Position numbers and translations under genes: made by a program. From contig OZ360230.1 of the NCBI GenBank assembly GCA_977017645.1, positions 93,248,001 to 93,312,000 of the forward strand: a DNA stretch of 64,000 bases, in the 5' to 3' direction. Positions 63,791 to 64,000 of the stretch are shown here, piece by piece. The stretch is from Torpedo marmorata (lineage: Eukaryota). How positions within the stretch are numbered: the stretch's first letter is position 1; each line of letters starts with the position of its first letter. The notes under the pieces are model-generated. The model did not search any database, was not told the origin of the DNA, and saw only the letters and a program-made list of their open reading frames with translations.

Positions 63791-64000
63791 GATCTGACAG
63801 AGATGTCCAAACATCTCTGTCAGATCCCCAGCTATCTTCCCTTTTGCTTCCCATAGCATCCTAGAACAGGTCTCAACTGATCCTGGATGTTTATCAAACC
63901 TTATGCATTCCAAGACACCTAACACCTCCACCTTCTTAATACTGACATGTTCTAGGCTATCAACATTCCTTCCCCTCAACTCACTATCTTCTAAATCCTT

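Overview
Vertebrate genomic DNA, very probably a cartilaginous fish and plausibly a ray or skate. This is inferred from the HE1/V-type SINEs, an elasmobranch-type 5S head and the CR1/Rex-Babar/Penelope repeat landscape. One complete protein-coding gene is present on the + strand: FAM168B (MANI). It has a CpG-island/ETS promoter and non-coding exon 1 near 12.8-12.9 kb and five coding exons (70+84+143+178+113 = 588 nt, 195 aa, 26049-37241). A terminal UTR exon probably ends at AATAAA 45445. The rest is mostly nested transposon debris: CR1, Rex1/Babar, L1, L2, Penelope, tRNA- and 5S-derived SINEs, and hAT, pogo/Tc2 and PIF-like MITEs. Almost all ORFs in the supplied track are TE fragments or noise. 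The most notable observations are: (1) a TSD-flanked 222-bp Penelope-derived element with a tandem pair of minimal hammerhead-ribozyme motifs, in sense orientation in FAM168B intron 1; (2) a 5S-derived SINE with a Rex/Babar-like tail; (3) a decayed signal-peptide + LRR gene at 59.5-60.3 kb; (4) an ~8 kb TE-free 3' region of FAM168B with a candidate GC-AG UTR intron; (5) an L1 nested in a Pol III-head-carrying MITE whose empty-site twin lies 3 kb away. All calls were made by eye, with no database searches. TE boundaries without a TSD are approximate.
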